A DNA stretch of 64,000 nt, taken from the NCBI GenBank assembly GCA_038496445.1, contig JALMLS010000612.1:1-64000 (forward strand), in the 5' to 3' direction. The position numbers and the translations under genes are program-made. The notes beneath the pieces are model-generated. The model did not search any database. It was not told where the DNA came from and worked only from the letters and a program-made list of their open reading frames with translations. Source of the stretch: Trichosphaerium sp. ATCC 40318 (Eukaryota; Protista; Tubulinea). Below are positions 51,316 through 64,000 of the stretch, piece after piece (within the stretch, counting starts at the first letter, position 1; every line of letters starts with the position of its first letter).

Positions 51316-54300
51316 TCATTCAGCTGGTGCTGCTTCTTCTTGTGCGGCTTCACAGGATTCTTCTTGCACAGGCTGGATTGTCATCTCTTGAGCATCTTCC
51401 TCTACAGGTTGAATAGTGGCTTCACCTTCTTCTTGTACTGGCTGGATTGTCATCTCTTGAGCATCTTCTTCTACAGGTTGGATTGTCATCTCTTGAGCAT
51501 CTTCCTCTACAGGTTGAATTGTCATCTCTTGAGCATCTTCTTCTACAGGTTGGATAGTAGCTTCTTGTGCAGGTGCAGGGGCTAATAAAGGGTTACTCTC
51601 GTTCATGTTTGAAAATTTTACCTGATAATGTGTTCAACCAAGCTTTGTAGTCGTATCCGTCCTTTGAAAAGAATGAGTTACTGTGAAAGTCACGGTTTAA
51701 GTACGTACTCCTTTAGCAGGCATAGCAGACTTGAGATACGCGATTTGGTCATCTGGAATCTGCGCAGTGCGCATATCGGCCTCAGTGATAAAGTCCTTAC
51801 CATCAGCAATAATAGCAAATGATTCTTCAAGGTCTTTTGAGTCTGCAGCACTTCCGTATAATCTGGTCATGTACTCTACGAATTTATCGTAGATGACTAC
51901 AAGTGGCTCACCGCTTGACAACTACAAATAGAATGTCAGATAACCAAAAAACTCGAAAAACTTTTTGTTACCTCTTCCCAGATAAGATCGAATTTTTTAT
52001 CGCTTCCTTCGAAGTCAATGTTTACTACACCCAAACTAGACATAAGAGATTTGAATTCCAAACGTCCCAAAGCGCCACTTTGGTCAGTATCGAAGTGATC
52101 GAAAGTAGCTAGAAAGCGTTAAATTAGGTTACAAATAATAATACATACTTTTGAACTCTTGGAGTTGCTCAGCCGATACTTGTCCTTGGGAAGCAACAGC
52201 TGCGAGTGTGCTCTCAAGGAACGACAAACGGTTGACGTATGATCTCTTGAGCTGGTCGTATGTGAAAAGCAAGTCATCATACTCGTGATCAGTGAATTCG
52301 TTTTCTTTGCGAAAAGTCAGTATCCTGAAAAAAAAAATATAATTACAAACCTTCAATGTTGGCGGCATTGCATGCGTCTTCAGCTGCCTATAAATATCTT
52401 TAGGGACTTGAAATGGCATGAAATAAAGTACTTTGATAGCAGGAAGCTTCTCGTCAAGAGATTGAAGGATGGCGTAGTGTGCTTTGAATTGTTGAAGTGA
52501 TTCCTCAGATGCTTCGCCTGTTTCAGACAAACTCTGGGCTTGCTTCTTCAAAGCACGGTCAAATTCATTTGCAACATCAGCGAAAGCCTTTCTCAAACCG
52601 TCTAAGATACTTCTCAAAGTAGTGTTAAGGGCTTGTCGGCGTTTTCCTTCAGCTGCCAAGAGCTCGTCGAAATTATCACGTGTATCACTATTTTATAAAC
52701 AGTCAGATTATCACGTCTAGTCGATCAACTTTTTGACTTACTTTACGGAAAGTCCTTGTGGAGGTACGTATGGAGGACGTTGCATACTTCCTAGTTTCAA
52801 TTGGATGTTGCCAAACAAAGCAGCCAAGCTGTTCTGCTCAGCGACCCATTCGCGCTTCTCAGTCTTTTTGTACTTTCTACAAACAAGTTAGGTTAAACAT
52901 ATTGATATGTAAGTAAACATTATACGTACCTGAGATTTGCGATTTGGGCTTTGGTAGAGGTGTAGTCGTTGCCAAGATCAGCCTCGACAAAGGAAGCTCC
53001 TTTTGCCTTAACGTTTGCATTAAGAGCACGTGCACGTTTCTCGTAGTCAGTTTCAAGTTTGAAAATATCCTCGGCTTGCTTGGAGTATTGTGCAATACGC
53101 TTTCCAGCTACTTCTGCGTTATCTTGAGAAGCAAATACCTGGTTTAAGGAAGTTAGTCAATGATTTGGTACTGTCCGATTTTTTGGTTCTTACCTTGTAG
53201 AGCTGTGCGACGTATGTCATGATGGAGCGCTCGTCAGGTCGTGGCATGCTTACAATATCTTCGGCGTCAAGGAGCTGTGGGATACCCAAGTGCTTCTCTG
53301 CAACGTCAAAGGCGTTTTTCAAGTTAGCGAGAGGATCATCTGCGGACAAGGAATCGTAGTCAATGAGCTCCTATATAAGGGATTAAAAAGCGGATGGTTA
53401 CTAGAATTTTCACTTACAGGTCTGTGTCTGTGAATGAGAGCGTTGAAAGCAAGACCTAGTTGATGTGAGCGCACTGAAGTCACTTTTTTATTCTGTTTTT
53501 TTACGTACCATCTGCGAAACTGTCGTGGAAATTTTGAACATCAACGTTGTCTATAAAAATAAAATTAGGCTCTATTATAACGATTAAAGGCTGTTATATA
53601 AGTACCATAAGGTTCTGTCTTTCTTTGACACCACAGCAACAAACCTTGTTTCAAGGATAAACCCTTAAAAAAAGTTAACAAAACAAAAATCGTTTTAAAT
53701 AAACCGTTTAACGCACATCCTCGCCGAGATCAGGGATAACAAAACGAAGAATGAGGGTCCAGATCATTCCTAAAGAGAATCTTTTAGGAGATTATTTGTT
53801 TACAACAAAAACAGAAAAACCACTTACCAAGTGTTTGTACGCGGTTTCCATCAACAATCTATTGCTTCTGTTCAATTTAAAAGTAAGATAAAGCAAAACT
53901 TACCTCTGTTGGCCCAATGTACGCCAATTTTACATCATGCTCTTTGATAAACTTAAGAGCGAGCACTAAATATTGGTATGAGTTTATGCTATAAAGCAAA
54001 AGATTATGGTTGTATTAATAAATCACAAAACCCTTTTTTTAACGCACCAAGATTTTCAATTTTTTGAACTCTCAGTCTCGGTTTTTTGACGTACTTTCTG
54101 ATCTAAAAAAAGAATACAACGTTTAGTACCACGTGACAAAAAAAATTTCCGGAGCGGAGAAAAAAAAACCGGTTAATGACTTTAAACACTTACAGTATCG
54201 CCGTCAGAGATAATCTCTAGCAAGTTTATCAAGTTAACGCCGTCTTTGAAGCCTTCGAGGACCTTGCAGGATTTAGTGGACGATTTAAAACCGGAGGGCG

Positions 54301-54637
54301 CACCGTCTCCATTTTCAAACCACGTTTACCGAGGTGCATGTTCGCCCAATTGGTGCTATAACAAACAATCAACAAAATGGTTGAAAAGCGTAATGCCCAA
54401 AATAAAACACAAAAGAACAGCAAAAGTTTCGCTAAAAACCGCGGTTTAGAGCTTCCAATAAACGTTTGAAGCGCTAAAGTAGTCTTGCGTAGTGACAAAG
54501 ACAACACATAAAGGTTAGCAGAGGCCGTACAATGTCTTGGTCTGGACTTCTTCCCATTTCTTAATGGTGTCTGAGTTTGACGCATAGTTCTCGCGCTGGG
54601 CTCCTGAGGTCGCTTTCTCTGGCTGTTGTTCGGACAT
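51316..54637 (-). CDS. Alpha-actinin (CH-CH, short rod, EF-hands) with acidic repeat tail
   Basis: [68 protein letters not shown]-hands and GYDYKAW. A 40-nt phase-1 intron joins the 51316..51606 ORF. Confidence 0.92.
51355..51570 (-). repeat. 39-bp coding repeat ([12 protein letters not shown]-like units)
   Basis: About six copies of TIQPV[E/Q]E are visible in DNA and protein. Confidence 0.9.
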
Positions 54638-54952
54638 GTTTGATGGTGGATTGGCCTTTAAACAAATTAATATAGTGAAAGAGAAGATGTACGTACCTTC
54701 AACTGTTGTAGTCGCTCAAAAATAACGGTAGTTCACAGCAATACACATTTCATTTACGCAACCAGCACTTAACCTAAATTCTTAGCTTAACTTTAAACTG
54801 ATTTTCACGCACTGTGGACGCCTTCGTCCACTATTTTATACGCCTTTGATATCAACACGGTATAACAGCAATTGAACTTTCAAGTTGAGTACGTAGTTAG
54901 AAATTGTAGCAATCTTTTTTGGCTAATCTAGTTACTGGTGTTTAGAAATACA

Positions 54953-56236
54953 ATGGCGTACTGTTTCAAAACTTTTGCTATCGTTTTTCTTGTATTAGCA
55001 GTTTTAATTGGATTAAGACTAAAGACACTCGGTGCTTTCGACGAGTTACCCTCTGACGATCACGGCGAATGGAAGCATTGTGAAGTTGTAGAGGGAGTAC
55101 CAGCCTCAGAGGACTTGGTAGTGTCCACCACTTCTGACAAAGGTACGCTCCTTTAGACACAATTTGTTGCAACAATAGCCATCACTACGTTGCTAGCATC
55201 CAACCAAGAATGTTGTCAAGTGATGACAAACTTGTAGTATGCATTTTTTCGGTGGAATTTATTGTCCCATTGTACTTTTTTTTTGTCATCATAGTACACG
55301 GGTTGATCAATAATTATAGTGTATATTACATCGTTAAATTTTCCTGCAATGATTGATACGGGTGAACTACCTCCAGGATTTATTTTCGCTTATAATGGGA
55401 AAGATGTCAAAGAAATGTCACTGTCTGGCTATGATGTATGTATAGTAAACCTCTTCTATTCCGATTAACATAGTGCTAAGGGCCAAAATTTCAAGCCACA
55501 TGGCTTGTCACTCATTGAACAAGACAGCGTTGAGTACTTGTTTGTTGTTGATCATGGATACAATGATGACAATCACGCTGTTGTTATTTTCAAAATTCAA
55601 GACAATGAACTCGTACAGCATAATGTCATCAATTCTCCTCTATTTAGATCGTTGAATACTGTAGTCGGTGTATCACTTGACGAGTTTTATGCCGTGAATG
55701 ATCACTATTACGATATGTTTAGTAACCAGCTTATGAACTTTATCGAAGACTTTTTGGGACTTAACTGGGCGTTTGCTGTGAGATGGAAGAAAGGCGAGGG
55801 TGTCACAATCGCTGCCAAAGACTTTTCTTCGCCTTCTCCTGGTATAGAATTTAGTAAAGGTAAGCTCTTCCTAGCACATACTTTAGAAGGGACTGTTTCT
55901 CAGTATGACACAACGACTGGAAATCTAGAATTTACACTCGATATTGGTACTGGTCCTGACAATCTACACTTTGATGCAGAAGGCCGCCTTTGGGTTGGAT
56001 CCCACATGAATATAATAAACACTTTCAACCACCTCCTGAAAGGCGAAAAGGGGTGTTCGCAAGTTATCTACATAGAAACCGACGGAGACAACTTCGACTT
56101 ATCCAGAAATGCTAAAGTTACCGAAGTTTATCGTTCCTGCTCTGGTCCTGTATCTGGTACTTCTACAGGTGCCTTATACAAGAAAATGCTATTACTAGGC
56201 ACCATGAGAGATGGGTTTGGAGTATGTAACAAATAA
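54953..56236 (+). CDS. Paraoxonase/arylesterase-like beta-propeller
   Basis: N-terminal anchor; C..VEG...SEDL, F.PHGLS, LN.VV...FYAVNDHY, GPDNLHFD..G.LWVG.H. Confidence 0.9.
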
Positions 56237-56314
56237 AGACATGTCAATAAAAATTGTTAAAAAATCTTGAATTTTCTCTGTAAATATTGACAATCGCACC
56301 ACAAGTGACCAAAC

Positions 56315-58627
56315 ATGCCTCGATTGCGAAAAAAGGATTCTAAACGATCTACAGCCAATTCTCTGGATTCCAAGCTCAATCTATCAGTAAATCAGAAGAT
56401 ACTAGCGGAAATAAATGGGCTCTACACGAATGAAACCAAAGGTGCACACAAGGCTTACAAAAACCATTGAGACTAATACAAGATACCGTAGGGCTTCAAA
56501 CGACAGCATCTAATATTGGTTTGCAAGATATCAAAGCGCCACCAAAAAAGATCACCGTCATGATATGCGGTAACCACAGTAGTGGTAAATCAAGCTTTGT
56601 TAACTGGTATATTGACGAACATATTCAAAAAACCGGTGTAGCTATTGAAACACAGGCGCGAATCATTCCTTGACTACCCAATAGTGCTTACGTAGCGTAG
56701 AAATTTACTTTAGTGACGAGCGGGAGAAAACGCGAATCACTCCAGGTACCCGCGCAACGCATAGATTTTATGAAGACAAACAGCTGACACTTGAAAGGGA
56801 GCCACGTCATTGCACTTTTGGGGAAACAGGCTCAAAGACATTACTGACTTTAGAGGCATGCCGGAGTACCTTGAAACAGAGGTAATCAAGCGTTTTTTAT
56901 TACTTTTTCAAAAGTCTACTGCCGGTAAACGTTTTCGCGGCATTTCTACGTTGATAATGCTCAAAACTCTAGGTCGCTGTATCAGCTGCTAGGAAGTTTC
57001 CTATGTGTAACTTCATTGACACTCCGGGATTGGTTGACGGGTGAGTCGTATTTTGGTCCTACTCTATTAAAAATTTGCTTACTGTTACTAGTGAATTTCA
57101 GTACCCTTGTGACGTAGATGACATTATCCTTTACCTTGCTGATTTTGCTGACTTGGTGCTAGGTACATTTTTATGATTTTTTTCTTTTCGTGTTTTGTTT
57201 GCACTCTTTGGAGGATCTTCTCAGTTGTTTGAGTTATCTAACATTTTAATAGTATTTTTTGATCCAATGGGACAGGCTTTGTGTAAGAGAACGAGTACGT
57301 GATTTCTGACAGTCTAGTTTTTTTGGTTTCTTTTTATTTTATTTCTGGCAAAGCCTTTTTACAATGTTTGTAGTGGCTGTTGTATCACGCTTGAATGAAA
57401 ATCATGGTGCAAAGATGAGATTCTTTTTATCAAAAGCTGATAGCGTACGTGAATACATAGTCAATTTATTTATAAATTCTACAGTACTATCAACTCAAGG
57501 TTTTCTTTGTGGTTTTTTACTGAATAATTGTTTTACTCGAAGTCAAGATTAATTTTTTAAATAGTTTGAAAAACAAGAAGATTGCCAAAAGGTTTTGATT
57601 CAGATTACTCAAAACTTGACCTCTGTCTTGAACAACACTCAGTTCACGTTGCCTACAATCTACGTACCAAAAGATGACGTAAAGGTTCCAATACATAACG
57701 CCATAAATGATCTGTGCCTTGATATTGAGAGGACACTTACGCAATCCGTTCAAACAGCATTGAACTCTCTAGAAACTGATTGCAAGCAAATAGAGTCTAA
57801 AATTGATGAGTACGTCAAAAGTGTCAAAATTAGAACAGCAATGTGTCACTTTCGTTCTGTGAAATCATTTTGATTTTTTAATGGAGTATTAACTTGTTTG
57901 GATAAACCTTATCTCTAATCTTTTGTAGTATTGTTGAGAACGAATTACTCAAGAAGAAGGCAAACAGTAAAGCAAGAAACATGGGAATTATGTACTTTAT
58001 GATTTCTATGTCAATTGGCAAGTTTTTACCTTCTTCCCATCTTATTTGATGTTTTTGTTTGTAAATTTTTTATTAGGTTTGATGATGCCAATCATGTACA
58101 TACTTGGTCTTTTGGAATCCAGTTTGAAGGATTACCCAGCTGTACACAAATTCACCAAAGATTTTGAGGCAACTATTGACTCTATTCGTGCGTCTTTGGT
58201 TTTTCTTTAATTAATTATCTCTTATTGTACTCACCATTTGGCTTTAGCGGATGAATATCGATTATACTTTTATGGTGGATTGACGTTTTTAACTTTATTC
58301 TTCCTTCTCTTATCATACGTACGTTGCTCTCTCAACAACTTACTCATTATTACAAAAAAAATCATATTTTGTTTATTGACTGTGTTCAACGTTTGTCATT
58401 TACATGTTATGTAGTTTACTTGGTCTTATAAAAAAACTATACCTGCTAGCAAACTCAAAATTTTGAGCGAACAACGCACATTCGTAAAGCAAAAGGTTAT
58501 GGACAAAAGAAAAGGTATGTTGTGTACAAAGAAAAGTTTTGTTTATTTATAATTTCGTCTAATCATTTTATGTACAGAGCTCTACAAGACATTCTTCAAA
58601 CAACTTGATGCCAACTACGACGGTTGA
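56315..58627 (+). CDS. EHD/sarcalumenin-like dynamin-superfamily GTPase with C-terminal TM segments
   Basis: VMICGNHSSGKSSFVNW, KTGVAIET, FIDTPGLVDG, FFDPMGQALCKRT, LSKAD; hydrophobic C-terminal helices. Confidence 0.82.
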
Positions 58628-58777
58628 AGTTTCTTCTTGTTTTAAGACAAGAGCAGAAAATATTTGTACTCCAATACATTGATTGTATGACGACCTCAAA
58701 GCCAAAGAGTATCTTGTGTTTGAAGGGTTTTTTTTTTAATAGTTTCTTGGATTTTCGTCTTTTTTTTTGGATTTTGT

Positions 58778-60052
58778 TCATACTGGAGGGATAGCAAAAA
58801 TAGATAAATCAACTTCCCTCATTTCTTCGTTCTTGTCATTAGGATTAGGTAAAAGACAATGAAACTGTAAGTGACCATCTTGCTGCCATTGCTTGTATTC
58901 ACCTTCTTTTTTACCTGAAACAAATGTACACAAAATAGCAAGTTGGCCATTAGGATGCCACTGTTTGTGAATACCTTGACGTTCACCGTCGACATAAAAA
59001 TTATGAACAGCCAATGTACCATCTGTATACCATTGTTTACACTCCCCAGTTATTGTGCCGTTAGTATACGTGATTTGTACGTGTAATTGACCGTTTATGT
59101 GCCATTGACGATATAATCCATGTTTCTTATCATTCTCCATTGTTGTATCAACATGCAATTGTCCATTATTGTGCCTGTAGCATTTTGAGTTAGGCACGAA
59201 ACCAAACAGAAAAAATATGAGAAAAGGTCTGACGCGATTGAGGTGTGATCACAACAAAAGATTTTTTTTTGACATTTTTGATAAAATGATTTACCATTGT
59301 TGATGACGTCCGTGTTTCTCCCCATTCTTATAAATACACTCAACATGCTTCTGTCCACCTGAATACCATTGTTGATAAGATCCTTCTCTTTTTCCATTCT
59401 CGTAAACACACTGAATGTGAAGGTTACCGTTGTAGTGCCTTCGTAACAAGATAAATTAGAAAAAGAAGTTTTTAGTGGGAATCACTAACTCACCATTGTT
59501 TGTGTTCGCCTTGTTTTTTGCCGTTGTGATAGAGGCAAGACATGTACGTATTTCCGTTACTTGACCATTGTTTCCACAAGCCCTCACGTTCACCTTGGTT
59601 GTAATGACATACCAGCTCGATTTGACCATTTTCATGCCACTGATTTACTCTGCCGTGTTTTCTTCCATTGTCGTAGCTACTTGATACGTACACTTGCCCG
59701 TTGTCATACCATCTGTTGTATGTGCCGTGTTGCTGTCCATCTTTGAATGTACACTGGATACGCACTTTGTTCTCTTTCCAATGCTTCCACACGCCATGTT
59801 TCTGATAGAATACGTTGAATCTTGTAGCTTGAGCGTAATGTGTTGACAACAGAGGTATTTTTATGAAAGCTTCTCTGCCGAACGAACAAATAAGCCAAAT
59901 GAGCTCCGTAGGCAACCAAGAAAAGCTTTGAGGTGTCAGTTTGACGATGTAAAAATACTGGCGTACTCTTTTCTGCTCTTTACTTGGTTCTTTACCTTGC
60001 GCCGTTTTAATTCAATGACTTTGCGTTGTGTTAATGCGTTCGGTTCTGACAT
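58778..60052 (-). CDS. MORN-variant repeat protein with F-box-like N-terminus
   Basis: WLPTELIWLICSF followed by many G.KHG...QWH.NGQ repeats over several exons. Confidence 0.85.
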
Positions 60053-60249
60053 TTGGATACAACCAAGCTAAACGTCGCACAAACCGAAATCAGGGCGTCT
60101 AACGAACAACGCAAGAAGACGAACAAAATAAAAACATTGACTAATGATCAGCAAGAGTGTTCTATTGCTGCCTTCAAGATTTATTTTTGTATGTACAAAG
60201 CTATAGTTACAAACCAAAGCACAATAGTGCTTGTTGTGAGAGGGTTACT

Positions 60250-61176
60250 TATGTCTCTTATTGAAGTGCGGCCAAAATTTCCTCCAGCATGGTTGTCATT
60301 TGCTCTTCCTTTTCTATCATAACTTATTGCGCGTGTTAGAAACAAAGAGTGCTGTAGCGAACGGTTTTTGTGATTTGTACCTGGTAACTTTTGTATGAGC
60401 GCGTTGTACGCTTTTCTGCTTGAACCGCCTTTCTGAGTAGCGTTTAGTGCTGTATTGTGATGCGTATTTGAGTACGGAAATTGTGCTTTTTTTACAATTT
60501 TTATTTTAACTGCTTTGGAACTGGTACCTTACGCCTCCTATCGCGTGGGGATGTGCTTTTCTTGCGGCTTTTTTGAGAACTTGGTGCCTCCAATCGAAGC
60601 CCAGAAGTAAATGATTGCGACCGGGGGTTGTTTGGCTTGCTAAACACGCTATCGTGATAGTTGTCAGAGGTTGAAAGCTTGGATGTATCCATATTTACTA
60701 GTTAACGTTGCTAGGACACAAAGTGCACTGATTGCTAACAGTACCGCTAGCAGACAGTGAAAATCCGTTTTTAGGCGATTTGTGACTTAACCATTCGTCA
60801 ATATTCTGAACGTACTTGACATTGAAATAAGACATTACGACGCTGTACAACGACCTGGTTACGTACTATACGATCTGGTAGTACTTACGTTTAACTGTGG
60901 CTCTGCTGGTAGAGTAAAAGGTTGTAAGAAACCGCTTCAAAAAACATCAGATGCAAGACTACAAAATTCAAAGCGTACTCTAGCACTTCCTGTGTAAGGA
61001 ATAGCCCTTCAAACTCCCCGTGCTTTGGGTTTAAGGTCTGAGATTTGACTACGCTACTTTTTGTAAGCTGGCTGACAAGATGTAGCAAAGACGCACTCTA
61101 CAGCAGCAACAGGTTTATCTATGAGATCTTCTTCGAGAATCTCGCCTTCTTCCAGTTCATATTTACGTGTTGCCAT
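60250..61176 (-). CDS. Hypothetical protein with N-terminal LEEGEI motif (3' end uncertain)
   Basis: MATRKYELEEGEILEED and downstream minus-strand exons with basic RS-like content. Confidence 0.45.
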
Positions 61177-63173
61177 GTTTGTTGCTTTATGAAATGAAAA
61201 AAAAGTACCCAATTTACTCCGTGTGACTTGTAACCATAACATTTTTATGCTCTGAATAGATGCTATCTACACATTAACTACAGCGTCACTACACTATCAG
61301 TTTTTATCCCGCCGGTGTCGCCCTAACAAAACGGGGGATAACCTCAAAAAGGTCAAAGCAAAAAATTCCGAATTAGAGCATTGCATTGGCTACTCAGATC
61401 AGACATTTCAAGTCTCACCACTGCAACTTAGGTTATTAATCTAAGAAGAGCCAGAATCTACGGCCCCTTGTGCGGGTACGACATTTGTTGTGTTGTTGAA
61501 GGAATGTCCATGACGCCCTACTGCTACCCTAACCATCCGCCCAGCAGCAGTTCTTCAAGGATAGGACAGTGGGTCTTCCGTCTCGAGGCCGCATCCTGTT
61601 CCGGTACCTATTAAACCCTTTTTTTTTCTTTTAACCTCTTCAATTGCAAACAAAAAAAAAAAGTGGGACAAGAAAAACTGCATTAAAACGGATCAAAATC
61701 ACCTCAAGCTGTTCGCATGGTAAATGCGGACACTCTGTGGCTTCGTTTTAGTAAAGGATTGCAACAAGTGTGTTTATTTGTGGATATTTCTGTGAAAAAC
61801 GTCGCTTGGCAATGATAACAACCTCCAGAATGTGCAAAGAGTCTTTATGAATACTAGACGCGTTACGAACAATGACGGCAAACTTTAGCAAGAAACGGTT
61901 TCAGTCTTAAACGCAGTGCAAGTGAGTTCATACAATTGCGCTAGGGGCACCACAATCCATTTCACCAGCAGCGACAGAATAACCTACAACAGTGTCAGCA
62001 CCTACAACAAAAACAACATTTACTGTTAGGATAGACGGAGATATTGTGACACTTCCACTCAACACAACGTTCGACGAGATAGAGGTCATATTCCTAAATG
62101 GTGCATTACCAATCAATGTTTCTCATTGTTGTTTGAATAGTTGATCCATACGCTAATGACTCGCCATACCAGTAATTAACAGGCCTAAAACTTGTAAAAT
62201 AGAGCTGTTGCCATTGTCCGAATATCTCTCGGATTAGCGTTACATACATTTGAAACCTGCTTTGATTCTATTCTTCGAAATGGTAACTTCACATTATTCA
62301 CGTATGCACGACCGTGCATAGCTAGTATTGATGTTGAAGTTAAAAGCCCAGAGCTGTGAATGAACAAATACTTATCCTAACCGTCATAAACATGACAACA
62401 TTTATTAAAACAGTTTAGCAAAAGTTATCGGAGTTTGTAATATACAAAGTTCCCTAACTTCCCCCAAAGGGATTGTTGTCACGTGACACCCAGACACTGT
62501 ATTACTACCGTGAGGGTTTTTGTTGACAGCACCGTTTTGAACAGTGTAATATCTGCAACTATGCTACGTATAGCACGAGATGTATCAGTTTGAACTGAAT
62601 TGGATTTAATCACCAGTCTAGCTTACGCTATTAGGATAGTATTTCACTATCTACCAACATCACTGGGAGTGTTGTCACACAATTTCCCCAGCAGCACAAC
62701 GTATTGATTGGGGAATAGTGATCAGCTATTATTATTTGAACCCATTGCTGGCCAACGCTATTAATTGCTTGCTGGGGTGATTACAATACCACTGTGGATA
62801 TAATCCATGGGTCCGGCACCCTTACGATGGATGTGAGATGCAAAGGCTTTTTATTTGTGGTTGCACGAGCATATTTTTATTGTGGTTTGCTGTAAGCGCT
62901 CATGAAAGGCCTAATTGACTTGCTAGAAGCTTCTTAGGCAAACAGCGTTTGAAAGCGTGCTAATTTAAGTTGTTTGCAACATGGAGAGGCTAATCATTAC
63001 TGCAGATGATAGTTAGCTCTACTAACAGACATGGGGTAATAATTGGCGCAGTCTTACATTATAGGAAGAAAAATTCGGTGGTCGAATAAATCAAACATTT
63101 TTTAGTGCAATTTGTGTAATATTCTAGTATTTATTTTGTAAATAACGCTTTTTTTTTGACATGGATTGATTTC

Positions 63174-64000
63174 TCACAAGTTCCTGTATTGTTCATAGGT
63201 GAAGTTTTCAAATGGATTTTCTTTTGCAGTGTCTTCAGTAAACTGCGGTTCTCTTAAGAAACGCCTATCAACTTTTGAAGGTGGAATTCCTGTTTTTGCT
63301 TCTCTAGTATTTAAGATATCAAATGCGTCATCCTTTGTTTGTGGTACGCCTAATGATTTATCCTCATACTTCTTGGGCAGAACGACTGTACCTAAACAGA
63401 ATACTATGAGCTTTCATTGTAACTTTTTATTACATTGCTTTGGCGTACTTGTCGTGTTAGTATTTTGGAGTGTTTGAGGATTGGTTAGCCAAGGAGCGTG
63501 AGCTACTACATCTGGTATGTAAGGTTTTGTAGGTGGAATTCCAGTCCTAATTTCGCGCTTGTTCATCGCTGGGGGATCCAGGGAAACTAAAGGTAAGGGC
63601 GCAGGCTTTGTTGGAGGTATACCTGTTCGAACTTCGCGCATGTTCATGTGAGGGTTGATTGAAGGATTACTCGGCTGTGTTGTTGACACGATATTCGATG
63701 CTAAAAGTTGTGGTTGTGCATCAAAGGATATTAGATGTTCTTCATTGTTTGTTGCTGGAATTTTCTTAGGTTGCAAAAAATCCAAAGCTACCTTTGTAGG
63801 AGGGATACCCGTTCTTGTTTCTTTAGTGGTGGAATTTGTTGTTGAGTTGTTTTTGATAGATAAATTAACAGTGTTTTTAGGTGTTAAGTTTGCGTTCGCA
63901 TGATGCTTATTTTTCATTCCAAGCATGCCTTTATCATGAAGTTCTTTAGGTGCTTGATTTCCGGTACAAATCTATGAAAAAAATTAAAAATACAATTTTC
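63174..64000 (-). CDS. 3' part of a disordered Pro-rich protein with RTGIPPTK repeats, clathrin-box-like and NPF motifs
   Basis: Four E.[R/K]TGIPP[T/S]K copies, LISFD, LVSLD and ENPF; the gene starts beyond the window. Confidence 0.65.

Noticed and set aside
58778-59915. Bacterial YwqK antitoxin or contaminating prokaryotic DNA
   Set aside because: The gene has spliceosomal introns, there is no adjacent toxin, and the neighbours are eukaryotic.
61850-62950. Possible degraded gene or mobile element
   Set aside because: Only short ORFs, with no recognisable motif, terminal repeats or consistent splice model.

Overview
This is AT-rich, gene-dense eukaryotic DNA with many short spliceosomal introns, probably from a free-living protist (amoebozoan-like by inference only). 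About 30 protein-coding genes can be rebuilt by manual splicing. Housekeeping and metabolic genes include SEC11, a PHAX-like gene, GH3 beta-glucosidase, thiolase with C-terminal SKL, RPS21, an MBOAT, AP-2 sigma, intronless Hsp70, TMEM181-like, two glycosyltransferases, SH3-myotubularin, an exosome RNase PH subunit, a PhyH-like dioxygenase, alpha-actinin, paraoxonase and an EHD-like GTPase. The first 4.66 kb is a giant inverted repeat around a degenerate TTAGGG/CCCTAA core; it may be a real fold-back or an assembly artefact. The most novel-looking system is a pair of paralogous genes (19.7-22.0 kb and 35.4-37.9 kb). Each encodes five ~70-aa Trp-rich repeats built from phase-2 exon modules, fused to a C-terminal PD-(D/E)XK-like nuclease domain. 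The first copy lies next to an IFI44-like P-loop gene that is head-to-head with two tandem TIR-like membrane-protein paralogues, a possible protist defence cluster. Window-wide oddities are frequent GC donors and AAG/GAG acceptors, and enrichment of TCACGTGA in introns. Exon boundaries and family calls come from manual reading and motif recall, not from database searches.
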